DNA of 64,000 bases from an uncultured Candidatus Saccharibacteria bacterium (GCA_964402035.1 CAYOAM010000003.1:86480-150479), one strand, 5' to 3'; shown: positions 26,808-37,935, numbered from the stretch's first letter. Notes: generated by a model from the letters alone, not told the origin. Numbers and translations: made by a program.

Positions 26808-27566
26808 ATGCGACGCGTCAAAGACTTTTTCGAGAAAGGTACGGTGGGCGGCATTGCCCTTGCCGTAAGCGCTCTGTTTGGCCTCCTTGCTGCAGCAAGC
26901 TTGCTTGCGGTTCCTATCATGACCAAACCGGTCGCCAGCATGCTGCTTGAGCCACGAGAAGGTGTTGCCGCTGTCGGAGATACCTTTGAAGTACAGATAC
27001 TGGTCGCATCAAGTATACCCGTCAATGTGTTCAGCGGTACCCTCACCTTTGACCCCTTGGTACTCTCAATTGAAAAAATTGACTACAACACTTCGGTTGC
27101 TGATCTGTGGGCCGAAAAGCCATGGTACAGCAATGGTGATGGGACCCTCACCTTTATCGGCGGCACCACACGACCCGGTGGATTTACGGGGAGTGAGCAG
27201 CTTATCACGGTGACCTTCAAGACCAACACTACGGGTGCTGGCCTACTTACACTCTACGACGCGCGCATCTTACAACATGATGGGCTCGGGACCGATGCCG
27301 AGCTCCACAAACCTATCGACGCACTGTTTACCGTTGAAGATCCAACGTTGGTTAAAGATGCACTCAAAGTTTCTGAGGGTCCACGAGCAGACTATCGGGT
27401 TGTAAAAGAGCTCCCCTCAACCGACCTCAATCATGATGGAAAACATGGCATTGCTGATATCAGTATTTTCTTGCTCAATGTCGGGTCAGATAATCCTATT
27501 TATGACTTCAATCAAGACGGATCCGTCGACACTGGCGACCTAAGCATTATCGTGAGTGCACACTAA
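26808..27566 (+). CDS. Cohesin-like domain protein with C-terminal dockerin-type Ca-binding repeats
   Basis: N-terminal TM/signal, cohesin-like FEVQILVASSIPVNVFSGTLTFDP, and C-terminal DLNHDGKHGIADISIFLLNVG...DFNQDGSVDTGDLSIIV dockerin type I repeats. Confidence 0.6.
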   Translation: MRRVKDFFEKGTVGGIALAVSALFGLLAAASLLAVPIMTKPVASMLLEPREGVAAVGDTFEVQILVASSIPVNVFSGTLTFDPLVLSIEKIDYNTSVADLWAEKPWYSNGDGTLTFIGGTTRPGGFTGSEQLITVTFKTNTTGAGLLTLYDARILQHDGLGTDAELHKPIDALFTVEDPTLVKDALKVSEGPRADYRVVKELPSTDLNHDGKHGIADISIFLLNVGSDNPIYDFNQDGSVDTGDLSIIVSAH

Positions 27567-27639
27567 ATTATCGCCCTACCCCTTGTTTCAAATACCGCAC
27601 AATTTGCTACACTAGATCTACTACCCATTAATTTCCCAT

Positions 27640-28017
27640 ATGCCAGAAAAAGCAAAAATACTGATTGTTGATGATGCAAAGGACCTCAGTGATGCCATTG
27701 GTGATATTTTGCAGTTTAAAGGCTATCAGACTATAGTCGCGCACGACGGCGCGAGCGCCATCACGATCGCACTTGAAGAACATCCTGACCTTATCCTACT
27801 CGATCTTCGTATGCCGGGACTAACCGGTTTTGATGTCATTCGAAAACTCCACGAAGATGATTGGGGAAAGACCGTCAAGATACTCATGCTCACCGCCGTA
27901 GATCGCGTTGATGAAATCCCTGCTGATATCGATATCAAACCTGAAGACTATCTCATGAAATCACGCTGGGGAATCGACAATATTGCACAGCGGATCGAAA
28001 AGAAGCTTGCTGAATAA
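27640..28017 (+). CDS. Single-domain response regulator (receiver only)
   Basis: ILIVDDAKDLSDAIGDIL...DLILLDLRMPGLTGFDVI...LMLTA. Confidence 0.8.
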   Translation: MPEKAKILIVDDAKDLSDAIGDILQFKGYQTIVAHDGASAITIALEEHPDLILLDLRMPGLTGFDVIRKLHEDDWGKTVKILMLTAVDRVDEIPADIDIKPEDYLMKSRWGIDNIAQRIEKKLAE

Positions 28018-28030
28018 CTAGAACATCTTA

Positions 28031-28076
28031 AAAACCCCGCGAGTGCCCTGGGCACTCGCGGGGTTTTTGTTTTTTA
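28031..28076. terminator. Strong bidirectional terminator
   Basis: CCCCGCGAGTGCC-CT-GGGCACTCGCGGGG followed by TTTTTGTTTTTTATT. Confidence 0.7.
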
Positions 28077-28079
28077 TTG

Positions 28080-29354
28080 CTACTGCGGCAATGTCACTGT
28101 AAACGTGGTGCCAATATTTTGTGCCGATATGAACGCAATCTTGCCCCCCAACACCTTTACCGCCTCTGAGACTACATAGAGCCCCAACCCAGTACCATCA
28201 GGGACATCCTTCATCGCATTGCTCGCACGGAACATCTTGGTAAACAATTTGTCTTGCTCATCCTGTGGTATACCCATACCCGAGTCCGCGACGGTGATGA
28301 TTGATGACTTGCCCGTATGAACGACGGACACTCGGACTGCACTACCCTCACGAGAATATTTAATGGCGTTTGAAACCAAGTTCCCGACAATCATGCGCAG
28401 CAAGTGAGCATCCGAAAGAAATGGTGTTGTCGTAGCCGCATAGTCTTTCTCCAGCGAAATATGCTTGTCATGTGCCCGTCCCATATGCTCATCCAACACA
28501 CCGTCAAAAAAGGCTACTGGATCTATTTTTATTTTATCCGCAACAAGTGTCCCTAATTCAAAGCGTGACACATTGAGAAAATCATCGACAAGTGCTTCCA
28601 TGCGACCGACACTGACCGTCGCCTTGCTCACATATACTTTTGCCTCCTCGCTTACTTGCGTACCAAACTTTGCAAGCAGGAGCTCTAGATTCCACTTCAT
28701 GGCAGCAATCGGTGTGCGCAACTGATGCGAAGCAAGCGAGACAAACTCTGTCTTAGCTCGATCTATCTCCTTTTGTTTGGTCATATCAACAAGCGTTAAA
28801 AGTCCCTTTTGTGCGCCGGACGCATCTCTAAATGAAAAGAGCGACAACAGCACCCACCGCTCTGCCCCATCTAAGCGTGTGATACGAACTTCTTCGTCGT
28901 TTACTGAGAGTCCCTGCTTAAGCTTCGCCGCAAACAGTGAAATATGCTGCTCATTTTCACCAGAAATTAAGGAAAAGATATTTTTACCAACGATCTCTTC
29001 TTTTGTCGTATTAAATAAACGAAATGTCGAAAAGTTTGCTGACGTAATCTGTCCATCCACCTCAATCAACAGATACGGGACTGGGCTGCTTTTATATACT
29101 TCAGAAAAGAGCTCATGGGATTCCGTAAGAAGATCCTCTGTCATATGGACCGCAATCTTTTCTGCATCATGTGAGATGCGCAGTGACTGAAATACACCTA
29201 CAGCAATAAGCGCAATACAGAAAAAAACAAGCCCGACAAACAATTTCTGAAAATCGAGCGCCGCTATATCGACACTCATCCACAAAGCCCCTGCACCAGC
29301 ACAGAGGAGTAAAAGTGTAGCGAGCGCAATACTTAACGCCTTCAGATTTCCCAT
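28080..29354 (-). CDS. Sensor histidine kinase with PAS domain
   Basis: Two N-terminal TM helices, PAS-like segment, HisKA H-box SHQLRTPIAAM and HATPase_c G-boxes GTGLGLYVV. Confidence 0.85.
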   Translation of the reverse strand: MGNLKALSIALATLLLLCAGAGALWMSVDIAALDFQKLFVGLVFFCIALIAVGVFQSLRISHDAEKIAVHMTEDLLTESHELFSEVYKSSPVPYLLIEVDGQITSANFSTFRLFNTTKEEIVGKNIFSLISGENEQHISLFAAKLKQGLSVNDEEVRITRLDGAERWVLLSLFSFRDASGAQKGLLTLVDMTKQKEIDRAKTEFVSLASHQLRTPIAAMKWNLELLLAKFGTQVSEEAKVYVSKATVSVGRMEALVDDFLNVSRFELGTLVADKIKIDPVAFFDGVLDEHMGRAHDKHISLEKDYAATTTPFLSDAHLLRMIVGNLVSNAIKYSREGSAVRVSVVHTGKSSIITVADSGMGIPQDEQDKLFTKMFRASNAMKDVPDGTGLGLYVVSEAVKVLGGKIAFISAQNIGTTFTVTLPQ

Positions 29355-29406
29355 AACTCTATTGTAGTATGCTCTCGATCAATGTACATCACGTATCGAG
29401 GAGAGC

Positions 29407-30633
29407 TTACACAATTTCCGATGTCTTTTTTTGCTGCATGCCAACAACTGCAAACAATCCTAGAAGCACGAGTGCAGCAATACCCATCCCTACCCACGGC
29501 ACCCACGTGTACCGCTCCGTCAAGCGACTCTCCTCTTGATCACAGGCATCACCAATCTGATCTCCGTCAACATCCGCCTGGGATGCATTCGGTACTTGTG
29601 GACAATTGTCGGCACTATTCAAAATAAAGTCTCGATCAAAATCATCACATGCATCCCCCCGGAGGTTGCGGTCAATATCGAGCTGGTCTGCGTTGGGAAC
29701 GGAAACACAATTGTCGAGCGTGTCGGGTCTACCATCATGATCAATGTCAGCGCGAATGTACACCGGGTTACTCTCTGTCGTACCTTCAAGTATGGTCATC
29801 ACACCGTCGTCCGAGCGCAGGTCGCCACTTTCAGGGAGTGCCACGCTGACACTACGATCGGGGTTATAGAAAATATCATACGACCGTCCAGGTTGAGCCA
29901 GGAATCGGAGCCCATATAGTGTTTCAAGAGTTGCGTCTTTTTCTATCATACGTAGCTCACTGATGCGGAGCGGCTGAATGTACTCAAAATCAATGATCCA
30001 TGCTTGTGCACTTACTGCAGGAAATGTGACTACATCGTCATACATACGCGTTTTCGCAACCACAATACGCTCGGTACCGTCCGCTTGTCGTGCGCGTATA
30101 GAAACTGAAATGGGAAGTGCTACATGTTCAGAGAGTTCAACGTGTAGTGCGGCAGAAGAAAAGATTCTGTCCGCGGAAAGGACGATGCGCGTCGATCCAA
30201 CCCCAACTTCAGGGACGAGGAAATCACTCCATGTGTACGACAAGCCATCAATCATGGTCGGTGGGTTTGGAACTCCGTCGACCGACACCACATAGGTGAG
30301 CGGGTTTGTGTGTGCCGTAGTGCGCAGATACGACGGTAAAAAAGTCTGAGTCTCATTTTCACGAACTAAAAAACTAGTATTTCTCAACATTGATGGTTCA
30401 AAACGCACTTCAACGACCTTTGGTACCAGAACATCTGCCAGGTAGGGCGACATCACATCCCGATATGCTGCTGTTTGATCGGTGGGTTCGTCGTTGCGAA
30501 CAGGTACACGCATTTCGCGCGAATTATATTTTTGACCATACTCACTATTGGGATCCACCATGAGTGCCAAAACAGGCTGACTGGAGATAACCATGAGAGC
30601 AAGAGCGAGTACACTAGTAATTGAAAGTTTCAT
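29407..30633 (-). CDS. Secreted, C-terminally anchored protein with thrombospondin type-3 Ca-binding repeats
   Basis: Signal peptide, then repeats [31 protein letters not shown] and [24 protein letters not shown], and a C-terminal TM helix. Confidence 0.6.
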   Translation of the reverse strand: MKLSITSVLALALMVISSQPVLALMVDPNSEYGQKYNSREMRVPVRNDEPTDQTAAYRDVMSPYLADVLVPKVVEVRFEPSMLRNTSFLVRENETQTFLPSYLRTTAHTNPLTYVVSVDGVPNPPTMIDGLSYTWSDFLVPEVGVGSTRIVLSADRIFSSAALHVELSEHVALPISVSIRARQADGTERIVVAKTRMYDDVVTFPAVSAQAWIIDFEYIQPLRISELRMIEKDATLETLYGLRFLAQPGRSYDIFYNPDRSVSVALPESGDLRSDDGVMTILEGTTESNPVYIRADIDHDGRPDTLDNCVSVPNADQLDIDRNLRGDACDDFDRDFILNSADNCPQVPNASQADVDGDQIGDACDQEESRLTERYTWVPWVGMGIAALVLLGLFAVVGMQQKKTSEIV

Positions 30634-30634
30634 A

Positions 30635-32386
30635 TTATTGTTTGGTTACAATTGTCTCCTGCGTACGTTTCTTCCCCATAAATGCGGTTGAGATGAGCAG
30701 TGCACCAATGACAAAGAAGGTGATAATGCGTCCAGCAAGCTCCATCTGCCATACGTCAACAAACAGTAGTCGCGCAACGACAAAGCCGAGGAGCACCCAT
30801 CCCCCCAGACGCAAATTCTTTTGATCCGTATTTGTGCCCGCAACGTGCAGCAACAGGCCAAGAATTGTATAGATGACAAGCGACAGCATGACGGCAACAT
30901 CTGTATCGAGAAGCGCATGCAATATGAGCCACACGAGCGAGAGCGCGTAGAAGGTACCCACAACACCAAAAGCAATACCGACACCGCGTGTCTCCTCATC
31001 GTCCGCAGGTGCATTCTCAAAGACGTATGCGCCTGTCACCCACAAGGCACACATAAGAATTAGGAGTACAAAGAAATCATTATGGAGGACTCCTGTCTGC
31101 CACAATGGTGAAACAAAACTTGGTAACGACATCAGGGCAGGTATCGTAAAGAGCCAACCGAGATTGCGCGAAAGCGCAATCGGTACAAACATTCGTGAGA
31201 GTGCGACAATCGCCCCCACTTCGATCGTATAGGCGATCGTAAGCATAGCGCCATCTAGTTCCGCCGCAGTAGCCGCTCCGAGAAGCGCGAGGCTTGTAGC
31301 TCCATAGATGTAAAATGGCACACGGTTTGCTGTTCCTCGATATACAGCAAATGCACCGAGACTGAAAACCAACATCCATGCAACATAGAGGAGGCTCTGC
31401 CATTCTGCGGCAACTGAGGAGGCAATCCACGCAATGAGGTAAGCGCTCGTACCGAAAGCGGTAAACATGGTCGCTGATGACGCTACACCCTGCCTCTCGT
31501 AGAGAATGCTCATCACGTTTGTTGCGAAAAAGAGTGCTGTGAATACAAAGGCGAATAAGAGCGCCACGTCGTTTCCTGTACTGAACCAATTTGATCCCAT
31601 ATACGAGGCTCCATACACGGCAACAACAGCGAGCGCTACAGGAGTAAGTGTCTTCCATCCGGTGTAGTACACCACCCACAGTGTTCCAAGAACTACAACA
31701 AGCAGGTACGAAAGAATCTCAAATGCACTCCAGTGTGGTGCATTGACGAGGAGTGGAGCAATACTACCCAAGAGCAAGCCCGCCATCGCCAGCTTTGGAC
31801 TGTTGTAGCGAACACTCACGAATGCGACAAAGACAACAGCACCAAACATCATCATGAGCGCAGAAAGCGGTGTAAAGAAGCCGTAGATCATCCGCGCTGC
31901 ACATATGGTGAGCAGGATGATCGTTGAACCCAACACCACAAAGATACCTCCTTGGTGTGTAAAGCGCTGTATGCGCCACACACCAAGAGCCAAGACTCCT
32001 GCGCCAATCAAAAGTCCTAGTGTAATACGACCATAGGGACCAATCCAGTCATGCAAGAACGCATAACTCACAAACCAGCCAAAACCAATCAAGATAAGAA
32101 ACGCTCCAAGCTTTACCAAGAAATCTTCCTTGATCCAGCGCATAAAGCGCTCTTCGGTATCTGAAGAGGGTACGTGCGGGATCGTGTGCGGCATAGTACC
32201 CTGCTCTATACGAGGTGTCGCAGGTACAATATCAGGTACCCTCGGTGATGCTATCGGTGCAACAACTGCATCGATCGGTGTAAAGCCGCGCTGTTCCAAT
32301 TGCTTCAATCGATCTTGGAGATTGCGAACCTTACTGCCGACATAGAGCGCATATCCCAGAGCAACGCACGCAATAACAAATTCCAT
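30635..32386 (-). CDS. Large polytopic integral membrane protein (DUF2339-like architecture)
   Basis: 583 aa with N-terminal coiled coil [11 protein letters not shown] followed by at least 14 hydrophobic helices. The DUF assignment is a guess. Confidence 0.5.
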   Translation of the reverse strand: MEFVIACVALGYALYVGSKVRNLQDRLKQLEQRGFTPIDAVVAPIASPRVPDIVPATPRIEQGTMPHTIPHVPSSDTEERFMRWIKEDFLVKLGAFLILIGFGWFVSYAFLHDWIGPYGRITLGLLIGAGVLALGVWRIQRFTHQGGIFVVLGSTIILLTICAARMIYGFFTPLSALMMMFGAVVFVAFVSVRYNSPKLAMAGLLLGSIAPLLVNAPHWSAFEILSYLLVVVLGTLWVVYYTGWKTLTPVALAVVAVYGASYMGSNWFSTGNDVALLFAFVFTALFFATNVMSILYERQGVASSATMFTAFGTSAYLIAWIASSVAAEWQSLLYVAWMLVFSLGAFAVYRGTANRVPFYIYGATSLALLGAATAAELDGAMLTIAYTIEVGAIVALSRMFVPIALSRNLGWLFTIPALMSLPSFVSPLWQTGVLHNDFFVLLILMCALWVTGAYVFENAPADDEETRGVGIAFGVVGTFYALSLVWLILHALLDTDVAVMLSLVIYTILGLLLHVAGTNTDQKNLRLGGWVLLGFVVARLLFVDVWQMELAGRIITFFVIGALLISTAFMGKKRTQETIVTKQ

Positions 32387-32473
32387 AGTTAAAAGTAAGC
32401 TAGTAGTACCTACAGTGTACTCCTGTCACTCACTACTTTACATATCGAGAACTGGACAACAGCGGCTTCAAAA

Positions 32474-32815
32474 CTATTGTGCAGGTGGTGTATTTTCTGG
32501 TGTCGGTGTTTCTTGAACAGTACCCTCCTCTGCGATCGGTGCGGTTGATGTTGCAGATGCTTCGGTCGTACTTGCCTCAACAGGCGCTACAGGCGCTGGC
32601 TCCGGTGGACGAGGGACGTCGCCTGTCTGTGGACGCAATCCTCCATTGGGAACTACTGCCCGTGTATCTTGCTGTACTGGTTTAATAAAATCTTGCTGAT
32701 TGGTCGTAGAAATGCGTTCATTGACATTAATCTCTCCCCCACCATTTTTTGCAAAATATACCGATGCTCCGGTAATAGACGCAACAACAAGTACGGCAAT
32801 AATAAATAGTCTCAT
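32474..32815 (-). CDS. Membrane-anchored Pro/Thr-rich hypothetical protein
   Basis: 113 aa, N-terminal TM, low-complexity PEPAPVAPVEASTTEASATS tail. Confidence 0.4.
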   Translation of the reverse strand: MRLFIIAVLVVASITGASVYFAKNGGGEINVNERISTTNQQDFIKPVQQDTRAVVPNGGLRPQTGDVPRPPEPAPVAPVEASTTEASATSTAPIAEEGTVQETPTPENTPPAQ

Positions 32816-32958
32816 AGTCTCTTGACTATAGTATTACATACTTGAGAGCACATATACAATATGGTAACCGTGTGGTTTGGGCAAAAAAACTATCACACAC
32901 CGCTTGTAAGATACGAGATTATATGGTACATTCTTGCCTGTATTCCTATCGATCTGCG

Positions 32959-33489
32959 ATTCCCTTGAAAGACACTAGAGTACGTATCAACCAAGCAATT
33001 CGGGCACCAGAGCTTCGGGTTATTGGCGCGGACGGTGAAAACGTAGGGGTGATCACGCTTGCCGAAGCGCTTGCTCTCGCACAGACCGCAGCACTCGATC
33101 TTATCGAGATTTCGCCCACGGCCGTGCCGCCGGTTGCCAAGATCATGGATTTTGGCAAATACCAGTACGAACTCAAGAAAAAGCAGCGCGAAATGAAGGC
33201 AAAGTCGCATACGACTGAAACCAAGGGTGTGCAGGTAAAAATTGGTACTGGTGACCATGACCTCGCACTCAAGGCAAAACGTGCAGCAGAGTGGCTTGGA
33301 GAAGGTCACCGGGTGAAGATTGACCTCTTTTTGTGGGGTAGGTACAAGTACATGGAATTTGGCTTTCTCAAAGAACGCCTCGAACGCTTTGTAAAATTGA
33401 TACCGGCCGAATACAAAATTGCTGAAGTTATCAAAAAAAGTCCAAAAGGTCTTTCAGTCACTATCGAACGAGACACCGCCAAAACCTAG
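32959..33489 (+). CDS. infC: Translation initiation factor IF-3
   Basis: INQAIRAPELRVIGADGENVGVITLAEAL...LIEISPTAVPPVAKIMDFGKYQYE. No in-frame ATG close upstream; the start is probably ATT (32959) or TTG (32965). Confidence 0.8.
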   Translation: MPLKDTRVRINQAIRAPELRVIGADGENVGVITLAEALALAQTAALDLIEISPTAVPPVAKIMDFGKYQYELKKKQREMKAKSHTTETKGVQVKIGTGDHDLALKAKRAAEWLGEGHRVKIDLFLWGRYKYMEFGFLKERLERFVKLIPAEYKIAEVIKKSPKGLSVTIERDTAKT

Positions 33490-33579
33490 ATCTTGCTAGT
33501 TGCAAACGTAAAAATTCTTTAGTATAACCATACACACAGAACAGCGCTCGGTACCGCCCTGCCCTGATCTACACTATTT

Positions 33580-33765
33580 ATGAAAACCAACAAATCATAC
33601 ACAAAGCGTCTGCGCGTAACCAAGAACGGCAAGATTATGGCGCGCAAGGCAGGTCAAAACCATTTCAACGCAAAGCAGTCAGGTACCAAGCGCCTCAACC
33701 GCAAGCGAACAGCAACATTGGTCATGAGTGCTCGCGATCGACGTCGTTTCCTTCCCGCTTCCTAA
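33580..33765 (+). CDS. rpmI: Ribosomal protein bL35
   Basis: 61 aa, basic. KRLRVTKNGKIMARKAG...KRLNRKR is L35-like. Sits in the infC-rpmI-rplT arrangement. Confidence 0.85.
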   Translation: MKTNKSYTKRLRVTKNGKIMARKAGQNHFNAKQSGTKRLNRKRTATLVMSARDRRRFLPAS

Positions 33766-33811
33766 GAACTACTAAGATTCAATCTCTTAATTCAAGACTA
33801 ATAAATATAAT

Positions 33812-34156
33812 ATGGCCCGAGTAAAAGGTGGAGTCCAATCAAACAAACGACGACGAAATATCCTCGATGAGGTGAAGGGATATCGTTTTGGTCGTTCAAC
33901 AAAAAAGCGCTCAGCACGTGATGCTATTTACCACGCCCAGCTTCATGCATTTGCACACCGGAAAGACAAAAAGGTAGATTTCCGACAACTCTGGATCGCC
34001 CGCATGAATGCAGCACTTCGCGCACAAGGCACAACGTACAGCAAGTTTATTGGTGCAATGGGCAAGAAGAAAGGGGCCTTGAACCGCAAAGTGCTTTCAG
34101 AGATCGCACATGAACGACCAGCATCATTTGCACGGATTGTTGCGCACGTAAAATAG
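33812..34156 (+). CDS. rplT: Ribosomal protein bL20
   Basis: MARVKGGVQSNKRRRNILDEVKGYRFGRS...DFRQLWIARMNAAL. Confidence 0.9.
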   Translation: MARVKGGVQSNKRRRNILDEVKGYRFGRSTKKRSARDAIYHAQLHAFAHRKDKKVDFRQLWIARMNAALRAQGTTYSKFIGAMGKKKGALNRKVLSEIAHERPASFARIVAHVK

Positions 34157-34186
34157 TCTCCCAAGCGTAAAACCGTCAGCACAAAA

Positions 34187-34223
34187 CCCCCGCGATTCCC
34201 CTCAAGGAATCGCGGGGGTTTTG
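34187..34223 (+). terminator. Strong terminator after rplT
   Basis: CCCCCGCGATTCC-6 nt-GGAATCGCGGGGG followed by TTTTGC. Confidence 0.7.
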
Positions 34224-34236
34224 CTATACTGTACCC

Positions 34237-34572
34237 ATGAAAAATTATAAAGGAAGCTGCCATTGTGGTGCAGTCGCATTTAAAGCTGACATGGAACTCA
34301 CGGGAGGTATGGTGTGCAATTGCTCACACTGCCATAAGAAAGGTGTGGTACTTGCCTTCGTCCCAAAGAGCCAGTTTACCCTTGAGAAAGGAGCAGACAA
34401 CCTCACCGAATATCGTTTTAATAAAAAAGTCATCAGCCATCAATTTTGCAAGACCTGTGGAGTCCAAGGATTCGGCAGCGCAGGCGAACAAGTCGCCATC
34501 AACCTCCGGTGTGTCGACGAAGTCGACCTCGACACCCTCCCCACCCAAAAATACAATGGGAAGGATTTGTAA
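34237..34572 (+). CDS. GFA-family (glutathione-dependent formaldehyde-activating / CENP-V-like) zinc protein
   Basis: GSCHCGAVAF...CNCSHCHKKG...FCKTCGVQ Cys motifs characteristic of the GFA fold. Confidence 0.7.
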   Translation: MKNYKGSCHCGAVAFKADMELTGGMVCNCSHCHKKGVVLAFVPKSQFTLEKGADNLTEYRFNKKVISHQFCKTCGVQGFGSAGEQVAINLRCVDEVDLDTLPTQKYNGKDL

Positions 34573-34735
34573 GAATCCAGTGTAGTCGCGCTTTATTCAT
34601 TTTCCTTCAGTTCAAGATCCGGCCTTGAACGACCCTGAACTGTTGTGTCAAGGCAGCCCTTGGGAACTTTATGATTTGCATATAGTCCATACTGTGAGAG
34701 TATAGAGACAGTTCTTCTCTTACTCTGGAGGTCAC

Positions 34736-34945
34736 ATGAATGTCCACCGGCCAGAAATACATGTGTCTGCAGAACTACTTCATGACACCGAAACATGTCC
34801 TTCTTGTTCCCAAGAATTCACTGTTGGAGATGGTAGGACATATGAGGGCCCACTCACTGACGGAAAGAAAAATGTGTGGGGCTGCTTGCTGTTTTGCTCC
34901 CTTCTATGCATCACACGCTGTGTTCCTGCAGAAGGGCGAGCATAG
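34736..34945 (+). CDS. Small hypothetical Cys-rich protein
   Basis: 69 aa, GGAGGT SD 8 nt upstream, followed by a palindromic terminator. No homology recognised. Confidence 0.25.
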   Translation: MNVHRPEIHVSAELLHDTETCPSCSQEFTVGDGRTYEGPLTDGKKNVWGCLLFCSLLCITRCVPAEGRA

Positions 34946-34961
34946 AAAATGGTTCGTTATT

Positions 34962-34995
34962 GAAAAGACCTCTACGTAGAGGTCATTTTATTTTC
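34962..34995. terminator. Bidirectional terminator with perfect 18-bp palindrome
   Basis: GACCTCTAC|GTAGAGGTC flanked by GAAAA and ATTTTATTTT, between convergent genes. Confidence 0.65.
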
Positions 34996-35836
34996 ACGAC
35001 TTAATAAACGTCCCCTGTTGGAGTTCGGTGAATGCCTGCTTTATTTCCTCATCGGTATTCATCACAATCGGCCCACGCCATGAGATAGGTTCGCCAAGTG
35101 GCGTGCCTGCGACCACAAGCAGTCGCGCCCCGTCTTTGCCTGCCGCTAGTTTGAGCTCGTCGCCATTTGAGGTAAGCCCGATCTCGCCCGCACTCACCCA
35201 CTGCTCACTTTGGTTTTTAAAAACTACACTACTCTCGATCACATAGATAAATAGAGTGTCATCGGTGTTTGTCGTAAAAGAAAATACTGCCTCTTTCTGA
35301 AGTGAGACATCAAGATAGGTAGGACTCCCGGCAATATCAGAAACAGGACCCTTTGTATCTCCATATGCACCCGCAATCACTTTTACCACTACACCATCCT
35401 GCTCCACAATCGGCACCTGTGCCGCTTTGATATCCTGATACTGTGGCATTGTCATTTTTTTCGCACGCGGCAAATTGACCCACAACTGAAAGCCCTGTAT
35501 GCCACCCTCACTCACAACCGGCATCTCTTCATGCACAATGCCGCTGCCTGCGCTCATCCACTGGATATCGCCAGCGCCGATCTTCCCTGCATTTCCAAGA
35601 CTGTCGCGATGCTCCACTTCACCCCGCAACATGTAGGTCACGGTCTCAATGCCACGGTGTGGATGCCACGGAAATCCTTCAACATAAGCACGTGGATCGT
35701 CGTTACTAAAATCATCAAACAAGAGAAAGGGGTCAAATTGTGGCACTTCAAAAAATCCAAATCCCCGCTTGAGATGTACACCTGCACCTTCCAGAGTTGG
35801 CTTTAGTGGAAAGACTTTTTCAATCGTGCGCATCAT
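34994..35836 (-). CDS. Pirin-family protein (bicupin)
   Basis: HPHRGIETVTYMLRGEVEHRDSLGN and QWMSAGSGIVHEEMP cupin motifs. Confidence 0.85.
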   Translation of the reverse strand: MMRTIEKVFPLKPTLEGAGVHLKRGFGFFEVPQFDPFLLFDDFSNDDPRAYVEGFPWHPHRGIETVTYMLRGEVEHRDSLGNAGKIGAGDIQWMSAGSGIVHEEMPVVSEGGIQGFQLWVNLPRAKKMTMPQYQDIKAAQVPIVEQDGVVVKVIAGAYGDTKGPVSDIAGSPTYLDVSLQKEAVFSFTTNTDDTLFIYVIESSVVFKNQSEQWVSAGEIGLTSNGDELKLAAGKDGARLLVVAGTPLGEPISWRGPIVMNTDEEIKQAFTELQQGTFIKS

Positions 35837-36007
35837 TGGTTTACTATACTAGATAGTGGGACGAATAAGAAAAGTGTGTTCAAAAATCTGTTAGCACGAG
35901 TCTACTAGTATTGTTGTCGGCCTTCCTTTTAGAAGGCCGACGTGAAATTGCGGCGCGGTGGCGCCATCCTTAGCTAGAAAGCCACCCGGGTACCCAAATA
36001 AAAAAAT

Positions 36008-36046
36008 GCCGCCTCACTGGCGGCATCTTTTTTATTTGAGTGTGGC
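36008..36046. terminator. Bidirectional terminator downstream of rpsJ
   Basis: A-run, ATGCCGCC-TCACT-GGCGGCAT, T-run. Confidence 0.7.
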
Positions 36047-36427
36047 TTACATCATTTTTACGTCAATCGAAACTCCAGAGGGCAACGAGAGGTTCGTGAG
36101 AGCCTCAATCACCTTTGGAGAAGGAGCCACAATGTCAATCACACGCTTATGCACTCGCATTTCGAATTGTTCTCGCGCATCTTTAAATACGAATGAGGCA
36201 CGATTGACCGTGTACTTCTTGATTTCCGTTGGTAGTGGTATCGGACCGACAACAGTAGCATCAAAGCGGAGTGCAGTATCCATGATCTGCTTTATTGAAG
36301 CATCAAGAATCTTGTGCTCGTACGCACGCACACGGATGCGCAGCTTCTGAATTTCAGCCGCTGCGACTGCTGCACGTTTCGTCGGTCGCTTTTTTGCTTC
36401 CGTTTTATCTGCTTTTGCTGTCGCCAT
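36047..36427 (-). CDS. rpsJ: Ribosomal protein uS10 with Lys/Ala-rich N-terminal extension
   Basis: C-terminal 100 aa QKLRIRVRAYEHKILDASIKQI...PIPLPTEIKKYTVNRASFVFKDAREQFEMRVHKRVIDI matches the S10 core. Confidence 0.9.
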   Translation of the reverse strand: MATAKADKTEAKKRPTKRAAVAAAEIQKLRIRVRAYEHKILDASIKQIMDTALRFDATVVGPIPLPTEIKKYTVNRASFVFKDAREQFEMRVHKRVIDIVAPSPKVIEALTNLSLPSGVSIDVKMM

Positions 36428-36446
36428 AATAAATGTTTCTAAGCGA

Positions 36447-37640
36447 TTAGGCTACGATCTTCGTCACAACACCAGCTCCCACCGTCTTGCCTCCTTCGCG
36501 GATGGCAAAGCGCTGCTGCTCTTCGAGCGCAACTGGCGCTACGAGCTTCACTTTGAAAGTGACAGTGTCTCCTGGCATAACCATTTCGACTCCCTCTTTC
36601 AAGGTCACATCTCCGGTCACGTCAGTCGTGCGGATGTAGAACTGTGGCTTGTATCCAGAGAAAAATGGTGTGTGGCGACCTCCTTCATCCTTAGAAAGGA
36701 CGTACACTTCCGCTTCAAATTCGGTGTGTGGATTTACTGAACCCTTTGCTGCAAGCACCTGTCCACGATGGACATCATCCTTGGCTGTACCGCGGAGCAA
36801 AATACCCGCATTGTCTCCCGCCATAGCTGAATCAAGTGACTTGTTGAACATTTCAATACCGGTAACTGCTGTCTTTGTTGTTGGCTTGATACCCACAATC
36901 TCAACTTCAGTACCAACCTTGAGCTGTCCGCGCTCTACGCGTCCAGTGACCACCGTACCTCGTCCTTCAATTGAGAAAATGTCCTCAATTGGCATAAGGA
37001 ATGGCTTATCAGTATCACGAACGGGCATTGGGAAATAGGTATCCATGGCATCAACGAGCTCGAGAACCTTGGCACCCCATGGGCTAGAAGGATCTTCGAG
37101 AGCCTTGAGTCCAGAACCTTTGATGATTGGTACGTTCTTTCCATCAAAACCATGCTTATCCAAAAGCTCACGGAGCTCCTCTTCGACGAGCATAATCATC
37201 TCCTCATCATCAACCATGTCGCACTTGTTGAGGAATACGATAATCTTTGGTACTCCCACCTGGCGAGCCAAAAGTACGTGTTCCTTTGTTTGAGGCATCG
37301 CTCCGTCAGTCGCAGCAACCACAAGTACCGCGCCGTCCATTTGGGCTGCTCCCGTGATCATGTTCTTGATATAGTCTGCGTGACCCGGCGCATCGATGTG
37401 TGCGTAGTGACGATTTGGTGTCTCATACTCTGAGTGAGAAAGAGAAATCGTAATACCACGAGCCTTTTCTTCTGGCGCCTTATCAATATCGTCAACACCC
37501 TTTACCGATGCTGAGTATCCACCCCCCTTCTTGTTGAGCACGCTCAAAATCGCCGCAGTGAGCGTCGTTTTTCCGTGGTCAACGTGTCCGATCGTGCCCA
37601 CATTGATGTGTGGCTTTGATCGATTAAATGCTTCAGCCAT
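36447..37640 (-). CDS. tuf: Elongation factor Tu
   Basis: [25 protein letters not shown] and full-length EF-Tu conservation. Confidence 0.95.
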   Translation of the reverse strand: MAEAFNRSKPHINVGTIGHVDHGKTTLTAAILSVLNKKGGGYSASVKGVDDIDKAPEEKARGITISLSHSEYETPNRHYAHIDAPGHADYIKNMITGAAQMDGAVLVVAATDGAMPQTKEHVLLARQVGVPKIIVFLNKCDMVDDEEMIMLVEEELRELLDKHGFDGKNVPIIKGSGLKALEDPSSPWGAKVLELVDAMDTYFPMPVRDTDKPFLMPIEDIFSIEGRGTVVTGRVERGQLKVGTEVEIVGIKPTTKTAVTGIEMFNKSLDSAMAGDNAGILLRGTAKDDVHRGQVLAAKGSVNPHTEFEAEVYVLSKDEGGRHTPFFSGYKPQFYIRTTDVTGDVTLKEGVEMVMPGDTVTFKVKLVAPVALEEQQRFAIREGGKTVGAGVVTKIVA

Positions 37641-37892
37641 AATAATCTTAGATTAATACGTTTATAATGCTGCTGAAATGGTCCGTTGTAGAGGCGCGAG
37701 AAGTGCCCTATGACCAACCACTTCGACGTCTTCCTCTTAAATTTTCAAAAAACAAGGGTTGGGGAATAGAAATACCCAACACGAGCGAAAAAAAGAGCAA
37801 GGTGCAGTGCCGCCCATAGTACAGGAATCACCCCGAAGCGTCAAGAAATAATAAAGCCCCGAGGAGCGATGCTCAAAGGGGCTGTCAACACG

Positions 37893-37935
37893 TTTACAAA
37901 AAACTGCCGAGCTCCATGATGCTTCGGCAGTTTCT
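37893..37935 (-). terminator. Terminator-like hairpin after paralog 1
   Basis: Minus-strand hairpin CUGCCGAAGCAUCAUGGAGCUCGGCAG followed by UUUUUUG. Confidence 0.45.

Noticed and set aside
35880-35960. Hairpins GTCGGCCTTC...GAAGGCCGAC and GGCGCGGTGGCGCC upstream of the pirin gene as a candidate riboswitch or ncRNA
   Set aside because: Too short, with no recognisable conserved riboswitch core. More likely operator or spacer structure. Not reported as a feature.
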